From contig CAWJQU010000001.1 of NCBI GenBank assembly GCA_963845145.1, positions 288,001-352,000 on the forward strand: a stretch of DNA of 64,000 nucleotides, given 5' to 3'. A program made the translations under genes and the position numbers. This stretch comes from an uncultured delta proteobacterium. Lineage in GTDB: Bacteria > Desulfobacterota > Desulfobacteria > Desulfobacterales > QNYZ01. Below are positions 43,247-52,592 of the stretch, in pieces; within the stretch, counting starts at the first letter, position 1, and every line of letters begins with the position of its first letter. The notes beneath the pieces are model-generated. The model did not search any database and was not told the origin of the DNA. It worked only from the letters and a program-made list of their open reading frames with translations.

Positions 43247-44812
43247 TTAATATAGGTTAACCCGTCTATGAACCCATTGAAGCTTTTCAAGCATTTTATC
43301 TTGAATTGATTTCTGCGTTGAGGCAGCGGTCATAGGTACTTCAGTACCCTCTTCTTCTACCCCGCGATTGGCCGCGTGTGCTTCCCGCTCGGCTGCCCGT
43401 TTCGCCCGAATGGCTTCTTCTTCTTCCTCGCGCTTGGCTTTCGCCTCGGCGGCGGCATCGGCTTTGGCTTGTGCATCCGCTTTGGCCTTAGCTTCCGCAT
43501 CGGCTTTGGCTTTGGCCTCCGCATCGGCCTTGGCTTTCGCATCCGCTTCCGCCTTAGCAGCTTCGTCGGCCTTTTTCTTGGCTTCTACTTCAGCAGCCGA
43601 TTTTTCTTCGGCTTCCTTGGCAGCCTTTTCGTCGACGACTTCTTTTTTAGCAGGCGCAACAGCTTCTTTTTTGGGTTCCGCTTTGGCTTTCGGTGCGGCT
43701 TTGGGCTTGGCAGCGGCTTTGGCTTTCGGCTTGGCGGCCGCTTTTTTGGCAGGTGCGGCCTTTTTCTCTTCCTTGATGGTCAGGTCCAGCTCCGGCGCCA
43801 GGGCGGCGTAATCGATATCTACATCGGCCAGTTGTTTTTCAATCCCTTTTACATCTGCCGCGGAGCCCCCATCGGATACCAGGTTGATGAAGTCCCGAAC
43901 CATGCGAACCGCTTCGGGATGACGCATAATAAGAATATCCGATCCGGCCATGAGGTAAGTTACCGCACCGACGGCTTCCATCAGGATACCGCGTCGTTCC
44001 GGATCTCCCAAAGTGGGCGCATCTTCCACGGTCTGTTTGGCTTCCTTGCATTTCCAAATCTCATTGGCGAGATTGTTGATGAGGGGCAGCTGAAGTTTGT
44101 CGTCCCCTTGTTGCAGCGCCGCCATCCGCAAACGTTCCATCACGGAAAAAGAATACTCCATGCCGTATCCCAGTCCGCCGGTGGTCGGATCAACAATGAT
44201 GTTATCCATGGAGACACCGAGGTTTTCCAACAAAATATTGACTTGTTTGGCCAGATTGACATCGATGGGTGAGGACGAAATAATCGTATGCCCATACCCC
44301 ATGGCCGCAGCCCCGATACCCTTGTGGTTTTTGTCTTCCACCGGCCCCATAACCAGATTCTTATCCTGGCATACTTCGGCGACCTGTTTGAGCACCGCTT
44401 CGTCTTTTTCAATATTGGCGGTACCCCAGACAATCAGAGGTACATCGATGGCATCCGACACTTTTTTAACCACCGCCGCGGCATCTTCGGGCGATGTATC
44501 CGCACCGTTGGGGTCGGTACTCTTCAATTGAAGGACCACCATCTCGGCGCCGTAGTCGTTAACACACTTTTGGGCCCATGCGGCAGGGTCCGAACACACA
44601 TCCTTGAACGGTGCCAAGGCGGCTTCCGGCCAGTCATCGGGCGCCATATCCCAAATCTCCATGGCAATTTTCGGCTTATTCGGCATCTCCCCTTCAAATT
44701 GATAAAACGGGTAACAGGATTGACCGCCGACAGTCACTGCACTATCGCCGGAACCCAGCGTAATTTTCCTGACAGTGCCGGAATAAGCTTCATTATAAAA
44801 CTGAAAACTCAA
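43247..44812 (-). CDS. acsD: Corrinoid Fe-S protein small (delta) subunit with an Ala/Lys/Glu-rich C-terminal extension
   Basis: SSPIDVNLAKQ, DPTTGGLGYG.EY, MERLR.AAL.GD..LQ.P, MRHP. Confidence 0.93.
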   Translation of the reverse strand: MSFQFYNEAYSGTVRKITLGSGDSAVTVGGQSCYPFYQFEGEMPNKPKIAMEIWDMAPDDWPEAALAPFKDVCSDPAAWAQKCVNDYGAEMVVLQLKSTDPNGADTSPEDAAAVVKKVSDAIDVPLIVWGTANIEKDEAVLKQVAEVCQDKNLVMGPVEDKNHKGIGAAAMGYGHTIISSSPIDVNLAKQVNILLENLGVSMDNIIVDPTTGGLGYGMEYSFSVMERLRMAALQQGDDKLQLPLINNLANEIWKCKEAKQTVEDAPTLGDPERRGILMEAVGAVTYLMAGSDILIMRHPEAVRMVRDFINLVSDGGSAADVKGIEKQLADVDIDYAALAPELDLTIKEEKKAAPAKKAAAKPKAKAAAKPKAAPKAKAEPKKEAVAPAKKEVVDEKAAKEAEEKSAAEVEAKKKADEAAKAEADAKAKADAEAKAKADAEAKAKADAQAKADAAAEAKAKREEEEEAIRAKRAAEREAHAANRGVEEEGTEVPMTAASTQKSIQDKMLEKLQWVHRRVNLY

Positions 44813-45245
44813 AGCTGCCTCCTTCTCATATATGGTTAATATTTAAAATTTGCCGTTCACATCGTCTTTTTGATACTATCGAGACCCCCTCCCTGATATG
44901 TCGAGAATCTCTGTGGTGTCACCTTGGCCGAATCCTCCTTTCCACGTTTACTTTAAATTTTCTAGTTTAAGGCCGTATGGTTTACTTTCACAATCGATTT
45001 TGAGCATTACTTTTACCTGACGAGTGAAACGGTTTTCAATTAAAGACACTTTCCCAAGGAAGCGAGATTATACGGAAAGGCGTCGATGTGTCAATGGAAT
45101 TCAATTGTGAATTTAGTTCATTTTCTAAGATGGGTTCAACTTGGAGCAGAACACAAGATATAGCGGTGGGGTAACTAAAAAAACCCAATAGACAGATAAT
45201 ATTACCCGATCACTGAATCGAATCAATTACCCCATGATGGTTTGT

Positions 45246-47195
45246 TTAACGGCTGTCCGTTTTTCGACGCTCAAGGCGGGCTTTTAATTTGGGGAAGAGA
45301 TTGATGTCGGTATGGGGCAGGAACAATGCCGCCACGTAATTATCCATAAAAGACGCCGTCTCAGATAACTCAAAGCTAGTCATCATGCGGGTCACTTTAA
45401 CCACGTCCCGACGAATACGATTGGTCAAGGCACTCATCCGCGCCCCGGACAAAGAACCGTTACCGATGAACGCAATCTGGCTTGAGTCGATTTCCGGTAA
45501 CAACCCGATGGTGATGGCCTTTTCCAGGTCCACATAGCTACCGAAACCACCGGCCAGAATAATACGATCAAGATCGCCGATACCCATTCCAACCTCTTCG
45601 AGCAGGGTTAAACAGCCACTATATATGGCGCCCTTAGCCCGAATAAGATTTTCAATATCGATTTCGGTCAGCACAATGTCCCGGTCGATCTGGGTTTCAT
45701 CTGCCCAGGCCAAAACATACTCCCAGACACCATTGCCCTCTCTGATGCGGGGGGTGTCAAGATCCCGATCGAATTTTCCCAGATTGTCGATCAACCCGAT
45801 TTCAAACATAACCCCTACCATAATGATCAATCCGGAGCCACAGATCCCTTTGGGGCGCGTGTTGCCGATCGTTAACAGCATCGGTTCGAAGGTCATCGGA
45901 TCAATGGAAATGTCCTCAATCGCCCCTTTGGCCGCGCGCATACCGAATTCTACACCGCCCCCCTCAAAAGCGGGGCCGGCCGAACAAGCGGCGCAAGCCA
46001 TCCAGTCCTTGTTCCCAATAACAATTTCGGCATTGGTGCCGATGTCTAGATACAAGGTCAGGGCATCATCTAAATACATGCCGCATCCCATTACTCCGGC
46101 AACGATGTCGCCGCCCACATAACTCGATACGGCTGGGTAGACCAGGGCGGTCACGTGTTCTTCAAGGGCAAGCCCAATATCAACGGCACGAACCGGTGGG
46201 TACAACGTTGCCGCAGGTACGTATGGAGACCGTCGAATATAACGGGGGTTCACCTTAAGAAACAGTTGGGTCATGGTCGTATTCCCCGCCAGGGTGATGG
46301 CGGATATGCATTCCAGACTGATCTTGGCCCGTTTGGTCAGCTTGCCGATGATTTGATTGATAGTCCCGACAACCCGCTGGTGAAGTGTCTCCAATCCATC
46401 AGGTTTTTCAGCATAGACAATGCGAGTGATCACATCTTCACCATAGCTGATTTGGCTGTTAAAATCAGCCTTTTCGGCCAGCACGTTGCCGGAGATCAGG
46501 TCGATGAGTTGCCCGTATACGGTGGTTGTGCCAATGTCGACGGCAATGGCCAGGTTGCAATCGCTGGTATCCCCGGCTTGAATATTGATGACGCGCGTCT
46601 TGCCCTTTTTTCTGACAGGGCGCGCCAGGGTGGCGGTTATCTTAAAGTCTTTTTCTCTTAAAATATCCGGTATTTTTCGAATAACGTTCAAATCCACTTC
46701 CAACCGGTGTTCATCCCGGGACATGGTCAAATGACTGACCAGACGCGTCACGTCGGGAAGATGATCCTGTGCGTTGGGGGGGGGCAGTTCCAGGTAGACC
46801 TTTTCCACCGGAGGAATAAACAGGCCCTGTTCTTTTAAATCATCAAAATTAACCGTCTGGATTTGTGCCGTCCGTCGGGGCATGGTCATCTGGTTGAGAA
46901 CACCGGCATCCACTTCGGATTCAATGGGCACCCGAATGGTCACATCCCCGGTAACCGTCGCCTGGCAAGCCAGGCGGTATCCCTTGTCAATATCGTCTTT
47001 ACGAAGGCGTTTGCTGATCCCGCCGGCAAGGACACCAGATTCAACCAGTACCCGGCATTTTCCGCAGGCACCCTCTCCGCCGCAGGAAGCATTGATGTGG
47101 ACCCCAGCTTCCATGGCTGCTCGAATCAGTGTTTCCCCTTCAGATACGGTGATAGCTTTATTGTGGGGCAAAAAGTTTATCGTATATTCAGTCAT
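45246..47195 (-). CDS. RACo/ASKHA reductive activator of corrinoid proteins (N-terminal 2Fe-2S)
   Basis: CGGEGACGKC..RLACQ, VDIGTTT, DIGTNAE, AGPAFEG, GICGSG, LAGGFG. Confidence 0.95.
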   Translation of the reverse strand: MTEYTINFLPHNKAITVSEGETLIRAAMEAGVHINASCGGEGACGKCRVLVESGVLAGGISKRLRKDDIDKGYRLACQATVTGDVTIRVPIESEVDAGVLNQMTMPRRTAQIQTVNFDDLKEQGLFIPPVEKVYLELPPPNAQDHLPDVTRLVSHLTMSRDEHRLEVDLNVIRKIPDILREKDFKITATLARPVRKKGKTRVINIQAGDTSDCNLAIAVDIGTTTVYGQLIDLISGNVLAEKADFNSQISYGEDVITRIVYAEKPDGLETLHQRVVGTINQIIGKLTKRAKISLECISAITLAGNTTMTQLFLKVNPRYIRRSPYVPAATLYPPVRAVDIGLALEEHVTALVYPAVSSYVGGDIVAGVMGCGMYLDDALTLYLDIGTNAEIVIGNKDWMACAACSAGPAFEGGGVEFGMRAAKGAIEDISIDPMTFEPMLLTIGNTRPKGICGSGLIIMVGVMFEIGLIDNLGKFDRDLDTPRIREGNGVWEYVLAWADETQIDRDIVLTEIDIENLIRAKGAIYSGCLTLLEEVGMGIGDLDRIILAGGFGSYVDLEKAITIGLLPEIDSSQIAFIGNGSLSGARMSALTNRIRRDVVKVTRMMTSFELSETASFMDNYVAALFLPHTDINLFPKLKARLERRKTDSR

Positions 47196-47257
47196 CAGGC
47201 GTCTTCCTCAGATTTATCAAATTTGTATTTATCAGATTTGGATTTTTTGGATTTGGA

Positions 47258-49138
47258 TTAATCACCTATGGGTTGATCAAAATAACAGGTCAGGATCAAC
47301 ACGTCGTCTTCGGCTTTGGTGGTGGTTTTATATGGCAGGGTTTTAAACAGGGCGACCATTGCCCGATTATGGGGTACCGTATAAGCCAACAATCCTTTAA
47401 GCCCGTTCTCCTTGGCGGCACGGGACAATTTTTTCATAAGAATCCGGCCGAGGCCCTTTCCCTGCCATTCCTTGTCGACCGAGAAAGCCACCTCCGCCAG
47501 CTCGCTCTTATCGTCAAGGAGGTATTCGCCCACAGCGATAACCTTGCCGAATCCAAATTCTCCGATGACGCCAATGAGCGTCAGGTTATCAAGGTAATCA
47601 ATCTGGGAAAGCCCTTCCACGTCGCTGCGTACAAACCGCGTTTTCTCATGAAAAAAGCGTGAGACCACGCTGTCTTTATCAAGGTTATAGTAGTGTTCCT
47701 GCAAGCGCCGTTCATCCACCGGTTTGGATGGTCGAATGGTGACCTCACGGCCACCTATCGTCAGATACTCTTCGTGTTTTAGCGGATAGACCCCACGAAT
47801 CGACTCCTTAAGGCTACGGCCGGCGCTAAAGAGTTTCATTTTTTTGGCCTCGTTAAACAGCTCATCCCGGAAATCCGGATGGGAGATACTGATCATGGCT
47901 AGGGCCCGCTCCTGTAGGCTCTTACCATGTAAATTGACCACGCCGAATTCGGAGGCCACGTAGTGCACATCCCCCCGGGGAATGACCACGGCCGTATCCG
48001 TCAAAAAGGGCACGATGCGGCTGACGGTTCCCTTCCGGCTCGTAGAGGGCATCAAAATGATCGATTTGCCGTCTTCGGCCATTGACGCCCCCCGTATAAA
48101 ATCCGACATACCGGTGACACCTGAAAAATGGTTTTGAGGCAAGGCGTCGGCGGCGACCTGGCCGGTCAGATCCATGTTCATGGCGACGTTTATGGAAACC
48201 ATTTTGTGGTGCTGGGCGATAACGGTCGGATTATTTACATAATCGCAGGGATGAAACTCGATGGACGGATTATCGTGTATAAATTCATACAGCAATTCAT
48301 CGCCAACAGCTGCTGAGGCCACCAGCTTACCGACATTGAGCGTCTTCTTCAGGTTGGTAACCACCCCCTGGGCGACAAGATGCATGATTTCCCGGGTTAA
48401 AAACTGGGTGTGAATCCCCAGATCATTTTTATTGGACAAAGCCAGCAACGTCGCCTGGGTCGTGGTGCCGGGGCTGATTTGAATCGTGGAACCGTCGTCA
48501 ATCAACCGGGCGATGAGTTTGCCGATCATATTGGCAGATTCCATTTCCGGCAGGCTGTCAACAGTCAGCAGCGGTTCCTCATGCTCCACAAAGACATCCA
48601 CGTCTCGCACATGGATAAAGCTACGCCCCATAACCCGCGGCATTTTAGGATTGACCTGGGCAATAACCAGATCGGCGGATTCGGCCGCCGCCAGGGCGAC
48701 TCCCACCGATACCCCCAGGCTGAGCCAGCCGAAATCATCAGGCGGGCTCACCTGAATCAAGGCCACCTGGATCGGCAACTGCCGGGTTTTAAACAACCTT
48801 GGTATATCGGATAGGTTTATGGGGGTCAGAAAACGAGAATTTTCAGCCAACCGCCGAGGTTTGGCCGATCCTAGATAAAAAGACCGAATGTTTAAACTCT
48901 GGTCCTGGGTTTTTTGGGCGATAAGATTCAGCGGACTGTTTTCCAAAGACATCAGACGGACAATCTCCACGTCGGAAAAATGACCGGCCGCTTCAGCCAG
49001 GGCATTTACCAGGTGCTTGGGTTCGCCGCAGGCAGAGCTGATGAACACCCGATTCCCCGGCTTGATTAACCGAACGGCCTCTTCGGCGGATCGCCGGTTC
49101 TCCGCGTAATGATCTGCCCAGTAATTTGATATTACCAT
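47258..49138 (-). CDS. Acetyl-CoA hydrolase/CoA-transferase-family domain fused to a C-terminal GNAT
   Basis: ALIQVSPPD, IAQVN..MPR, DFIRGA, EFGVVNL.GK...RA; C-terminal AEVAFSV..WQGKGLG. Confidence 0.92.
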   Translation of the reverse strand: MVISNYWADHYAENRRSAEEAVRLIKPGNRVFISSACGEPKHLVNALAEAAGHFSDVEIVRLMSLENSPLNLIAQKTQDQSLNIRSFYLGSAKPRRLAENSRFLTPINLSDIPRLFKTRQLPIQVALIQVSPPDDFGWLSLGVSVGVALAAAESADLVIAQVNPKMPRVMGRSFIHVRDVDVFVEHEEPLLTVDSLPEMESANMIGKLIARLIDDGSTIQISPGTTTQATLLALSNKNDLGIHTQFLTREIMHLVAQGVVTNLKKTLNVGKLVASAAVGDELLYEFIHDNPSIEFHPCDYVNNPTVIAQHHKMVSINVAMNMDLTGQVAADALPQNHFSGVTGMSDFIRGASMAEDGKSIILMPSTSRKGTVSRIVPFLTDTAVVIPRGDVHYVASEFGVVNLHGKSLQERALAMISISHPDFRDELFNEAKKMKLFSAGRSLKESIRGVYPLKHEEYLTIGGREVTIRPSKPVDERRLQEHYYNLDKDSVVSRFFHEKTRFVRSDVEGLSQIDYLDNLTLIGVIGEFGFGKVIAVGEYLLDDKSELAEVAFSVDKEWQGKGLGRILMKKLSRAAKENGLKGLLAYTVPHNRAMVALFKTLPYKTTTKAEDDVLILTCYFDQPIGD

Positions 49139-49365
49139 TTTTTACTCACCGTCTATCGAATACAAAAAAAAAGGATGCTGGTCGCACGCCAAAGATAACG
49201 TAAAATACGCCAAGGCTCTGCAATTATCAAGGCCCAGTTATAAACGCCGCGGTGATATGCCCCCTTGACGATGTGAAGAAATTTATATATTTATTCCAGT
49301 TCATTAGTAAACCATAAGATGACCCGTCGACCATTTAATTCAAACGGAGAAATCGCGCCCGTCAC

Positions 49366-49896
49366 ATGAAAGCTCTCAAGCTCATAAGCCAAATCATCGA
49401 TCAATTGAATGAGTGGGTCGGTCGTGGGGTGGCCTGGGTAACCTTGGGGCTGGTCCTGGTGGTTTTTGTTGATGTGTGTATGCGTTACATGTTCAACACC
49501 AGCTTCGTTTTTACCCAGGAACTGGAATGGCACCTGTTCGCCTTTATTTTTCTGATCGGCGCCGGCTACACCCTGCTACATGACGGTCATGTGCGCGTTG
49601 ATATTATCTATCAAAGACTGGGATTTAAAGGACGCGCCTGGATCAACCTCATTGGCGTCCTTCTTTTTCTGTTTCCCGGATGTATCATGATTATCCTGAC
49701 TTCTTTTCATTTTGTTCACAATTCCTGGTCCATGTTGGAAGGGTCACCCGACCCGGGTGGCATTCCCCTTCGTTTTATCATTAAAGCAACCATTCCGACC
49801 GGATTCTTCCTTTTATTGCTCCAAGGTATCTCTCTGGGCATCCACAGCCTTCTGCAACTGTTGGGGCTTGAATCTCCCAAAGGAGAAAAATCCTGA
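49366..49896 (+). CDS. dctQ: TRAP transporter small permease
   Basis: ELEWHLF..GYTL..DGHVRVD. Confidence 0.93.
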   Translation: MKALKLISQIIDQLNEWVGRGVAWVTLGLVLVVFVDVCMRYMFNTSFVFTQELEWHLFAFIFLIGAGYTLLHDGHVRVDIIYQRLGFKGRAWINLIGVLLFLFPGCIMIILTSFHFVHNSWSMLEGSPDPGGIPLRFIIKATIPTGFFLLLLQGISLGIHSLLQLLGLESPKGEKS

Positions 49897-51221
49897 TGGA
49901 ATATTTACCGGCGTGGATGTTTTTGGCATTAACAATTTTACTCATGGCTGGTTTCCCGGTCACCTTCACCTTGATGGGAACCTCCTTATGTTTTGGCCTG
50001 ATCGGATTCGGCTGGGACTTTTTTAATTTACTGCCTCTTAGGATCTGGGGTGTGATGATCAATGTCACTTTGATGGCCGTGCCCCTCTTTGTATTCATGG
50101 GGGTCATGTTGGAGCGGTCAGGCTTGGCAGAGGATCTTCTGGACACCATGGGTATGCTGTTTGGTCGCCTGCGCGGCGGACTGGCCATTTCCGTAGTCAT
50201 CGTGGGGGCTCTCTTGGGGGCATCGACGGGAATAGTGGGCGCCACTGTGGTAACGATGGGGCTTCTGGCGGTACCCACCATGCTAAAACGCGGGTATCAA
50301 AAAGAACTGGCCACTGGTACCGTCTCCGCCTCCGGTACGCTGGGACAAATCATCCCGCCCAGCATTGTTCTGGTCCTCATCGGCGATATCGTCGGGGTAT
50401 CGGTGGGTGATCTTTTCATGGGGGCCGTGCTGCCGGGCTTTTTACTGGTGGGTCTGTTCATTTTATATATTCTGTTGGTCTCCTATTTTCGCCCGGGCGT
50501 TGCGCCGGCCATTTCGAAAGAAGAGCTTGGCGCCATATCCTCCAAAGAGATGCTCGTTAGGGTCGGCAAAGCCCTGTTTCCGCCCCTCTTTTTAATGCTG
50601 GCCGTTCTGGGGTCCATATTTGCCGGTGTCGCATCCCCCACAGAGGCGGCAGCCGTTGGCGCTGTCGGTGCGACCGTATTAACCCTGGCCAACCGAAAAT
50701 TTTCCGTATCGATTCTGCAAGAAGTCATGCGCACCACCGTCAAACTGACCTGCATGGTGTTCATCATTTTATGCGGGGCCGCCGCCTTTGGGCTGGTTTT
50801 TCGGGGACTGGGAGGGGACGAACTTGTTCGGGAGTTTCTGGGTGGATTGGCGGAACAGTACTCGCGTGGCATGGTTCTGGCGATTGTCATGGGACTGATA
50901 TTTATCATCGGCTTTTTCCTCGACTTTATCGAAATCACCTTTATCCATGTTCCGGTGCTTGCCCCGATAATGATAGAATTCGGTTTTGATCCCATATGGT
51001 TTTGTGTCCTATTGGCGATCAACCTGCAGACGTCCTTTATGACGCCGCCTTTCGGATTTTCCCTTTTCTATTTAAAAGCGGTAACGCCGCCTGAGATTAC
51101 GACCGGACACATATATCGCGGTATTATTCCATTTGTCATTTTTCAGCTTATCGGGCTGACCATTGTTGTATTTTATCCACAACTTGCGACATGGCTTCCG
51201 AAGGTCGTATATGGGCCTTGA
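49896..51221 (+). CDS. dctM: TRAP transporter large permease
   Basis: AVPLFVFMG, GTLGQIIPPS, SPTEAAAVG, TPPFG. Confidence 0.95.
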   Translation: MEYLPAWMFLALTILLMAGFPVTFTLMGTSLCFGLIGFGWDFFNLLPLRIWGVMINVTLMAVPLFVFMGVMLERSGLAEDLLDTMGMLFGRLRGGLAISVVIVGALLGASTGIVGATVVTMGLLAVPTMLKRGYQKELATGTVSASGTLGQIIPPSIVLVLIGDIVGVSVGDLFMGAVLPGFLLVGLFILYILLVSYFRPGVAPAISKEELGAISSKEMLVRVGKALFPPLFLMLAVLGSIFAGVASPTEAAAVGAVGATVLTLANRKFSVSILQEVMRTTVKLTCMVFIILCGAAAFGLVFRGLGGDELVREFLGGLAEQYSRGMVLAIVMGLIFIIGFFLDFIEITFIHVPVLAPIMIEFGFDPIWFCVLLAINLQTSFMTPPFGFSLFYLKAVTPPEITTGHIYRGIIPFVIFQLIGLTIVVFYPQLATWLPKVVYGP

Positions 51222-51361
51222 CGCCGGAAATGGATTTGTATTAAGTCGATTAATGAATGGAAAGATCGAATGGCTTTCGGCGCCGGGTTGCATCGGTTTG
51301 GTCGGCGATATTTCCGAATGCCACTTTGGCAATCTAATCCCATAAAAGCAAGGAGGATTGT

Positions 51362-52462
51362 ATGAAAAGGCGTGAGTTCCTGAAAAAGGCTGGTGTCGGT
51401 GCGGCGGCAGTCGCGGCGACCGCGGTGAATGCACCCGCAGTTTTGGCAAATAAGACCATTAAATGGAAAATGGTCACCACCTGGCCACCCAAACTAGATG
51501 TACTCCAGGAAGGTTGCGAGCGCTTGGCCCGGCGGGTTGGAGAGCTTTCCGGTGGCCGGCTTCAAATTAAGGTGTTTGCTGCTGGTGAGTTAGTACCCGC
51601 CTTCGAGAGCTTTCAAGCCGTATCCGATGGAACAGTTGAGGTGGGCAGTGGGGCCTCTTACTATTGGGCCGGAAAAGAGCCGGCCACCCAATGGTTCTCG
51701 GCCGTACCATTCGGCATGAACGCCCAGGGCATGTCCGCCTGGTTTCATGGTGCCGACGGCCTCAAGTTATGGGAGGAGTGTTATGCGCCGTTTAACCTGA
51801 TCCCCAGGCCCGGTGGATCCACCGGGGTTCAGATGGGGGGGTGGTTTAACAAGGAAATCAAAACCATTGACGATTTTAAAGGGCTCAAAATGCGCATCCC
51901 CGGATTGGGCGGAAAAGTCATCGCCAAGGCCGGTGGAACCGTTGTGAATCTTCCGGGTGGTGAAATCTTTACTTCCCTAGAGCGCGGTGTCATCGACGCC
52001 ACTGAATGGGTCGGGCCATTACATGGATTGCGATTCGGTTTTTATAAGGCCGCCAAGTACTACTACTATCCGGGTTGGCATGAGCCCGGAACCTATCTAG
52101 AGTACTTCTTCAATAAAAAAGCCTATGAATCCTTGCCCAAAGACCTTCAGCACATCGTTGATGCCGCCTGCGTTGAAAACGAGCACTGGGTGTTGGCCCA
52201 GTTTGATGCCAGAAATGGGGCGGCTCTGCAGACCCTAATCAACAAACACAAAGTGCCGGTTGTTCCCTTCCCCGATGCTGTTTTAGACGCTATGAAACCT
52301 TTGGCAGAAGCGGTTCGGGAAGAAGAAGCGGCGAAAAGCCCAATGGCCAAAAAAGTAAACGAATCGTTTAAAATATTCCAGAAAGAGGTTGGTACATGGG
52401 GCAGTATTTCGGAAAAAGCCTACTATAACGGAATTATGCCGAAATTTTCGTTAAAAGGATAG
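51362..52462 (+). CDS. dctP: TRAP solute-binding protein (TakP-like, Tat signal)
   Basis: MKRREFLK, QMGGWFNKEI, GLKMRIPG, IDATEWVGP, YYYPGWHE. Confidence 0.93.
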   Translation: MKRREFLKKAGVGAAAVAATAVNAPAVLANKTIKWKMVTTWPPKLDVLQEGCERLARRVGELSGGRLQIKVFAAGELVPAFESFQAVSDGTVEVGSGASYYWAGKEPATQWFSAVPFGMNAQGMSAWFHGADGLKLWEECYAPFNLIPRPGGSTGVQMGGWFNKEIKTIDDFKGLKMRIPGLGGKVIAKAGGTVVNLPGGEIFTSLERGVIDATEWVGPLHGLRFGFYKAAKYYYYPGWHEPGTYLEYFFNKKAYESLPKDLQHIVDAACVENEHWVLAQFDARNGAALQTLINKHKVPVVPFPDAVLDAMKPLAEAVREEEAAKSPMAKKVNESFKIFQKEVGTWGSISEKAYYNGIMPKFSLKG

Positions 52463-52494
52463 TTGTATAAAATATAAAAGATAGCATCAAAAAT

Positions 52495-52538
52495 TAAAAA
52501 CCAGCTGGAGATTCAACCCGGCTGGTTTTTAGTTTTTT
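52495..52538. terminator. Intrinsic terminator
   Basis: TAAAAACCAGCTGG...CCGGCTGGTTTTTA. Confidence 0.75.
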
Positions 52539-52592
52539 GAATTCTCGTCAGACGTCAAAACCAAGTTGGCATGGCGGGCAACCGCACTCAGC

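Noticed and set aside
43368..44272. Long plus-strand Ala/Ser- or Gly/Phe-rich ORFs
   Set aside because: These are antisense shadows of the repetitive acsD tail; the same applies to most short overlapping ORFs in the track.
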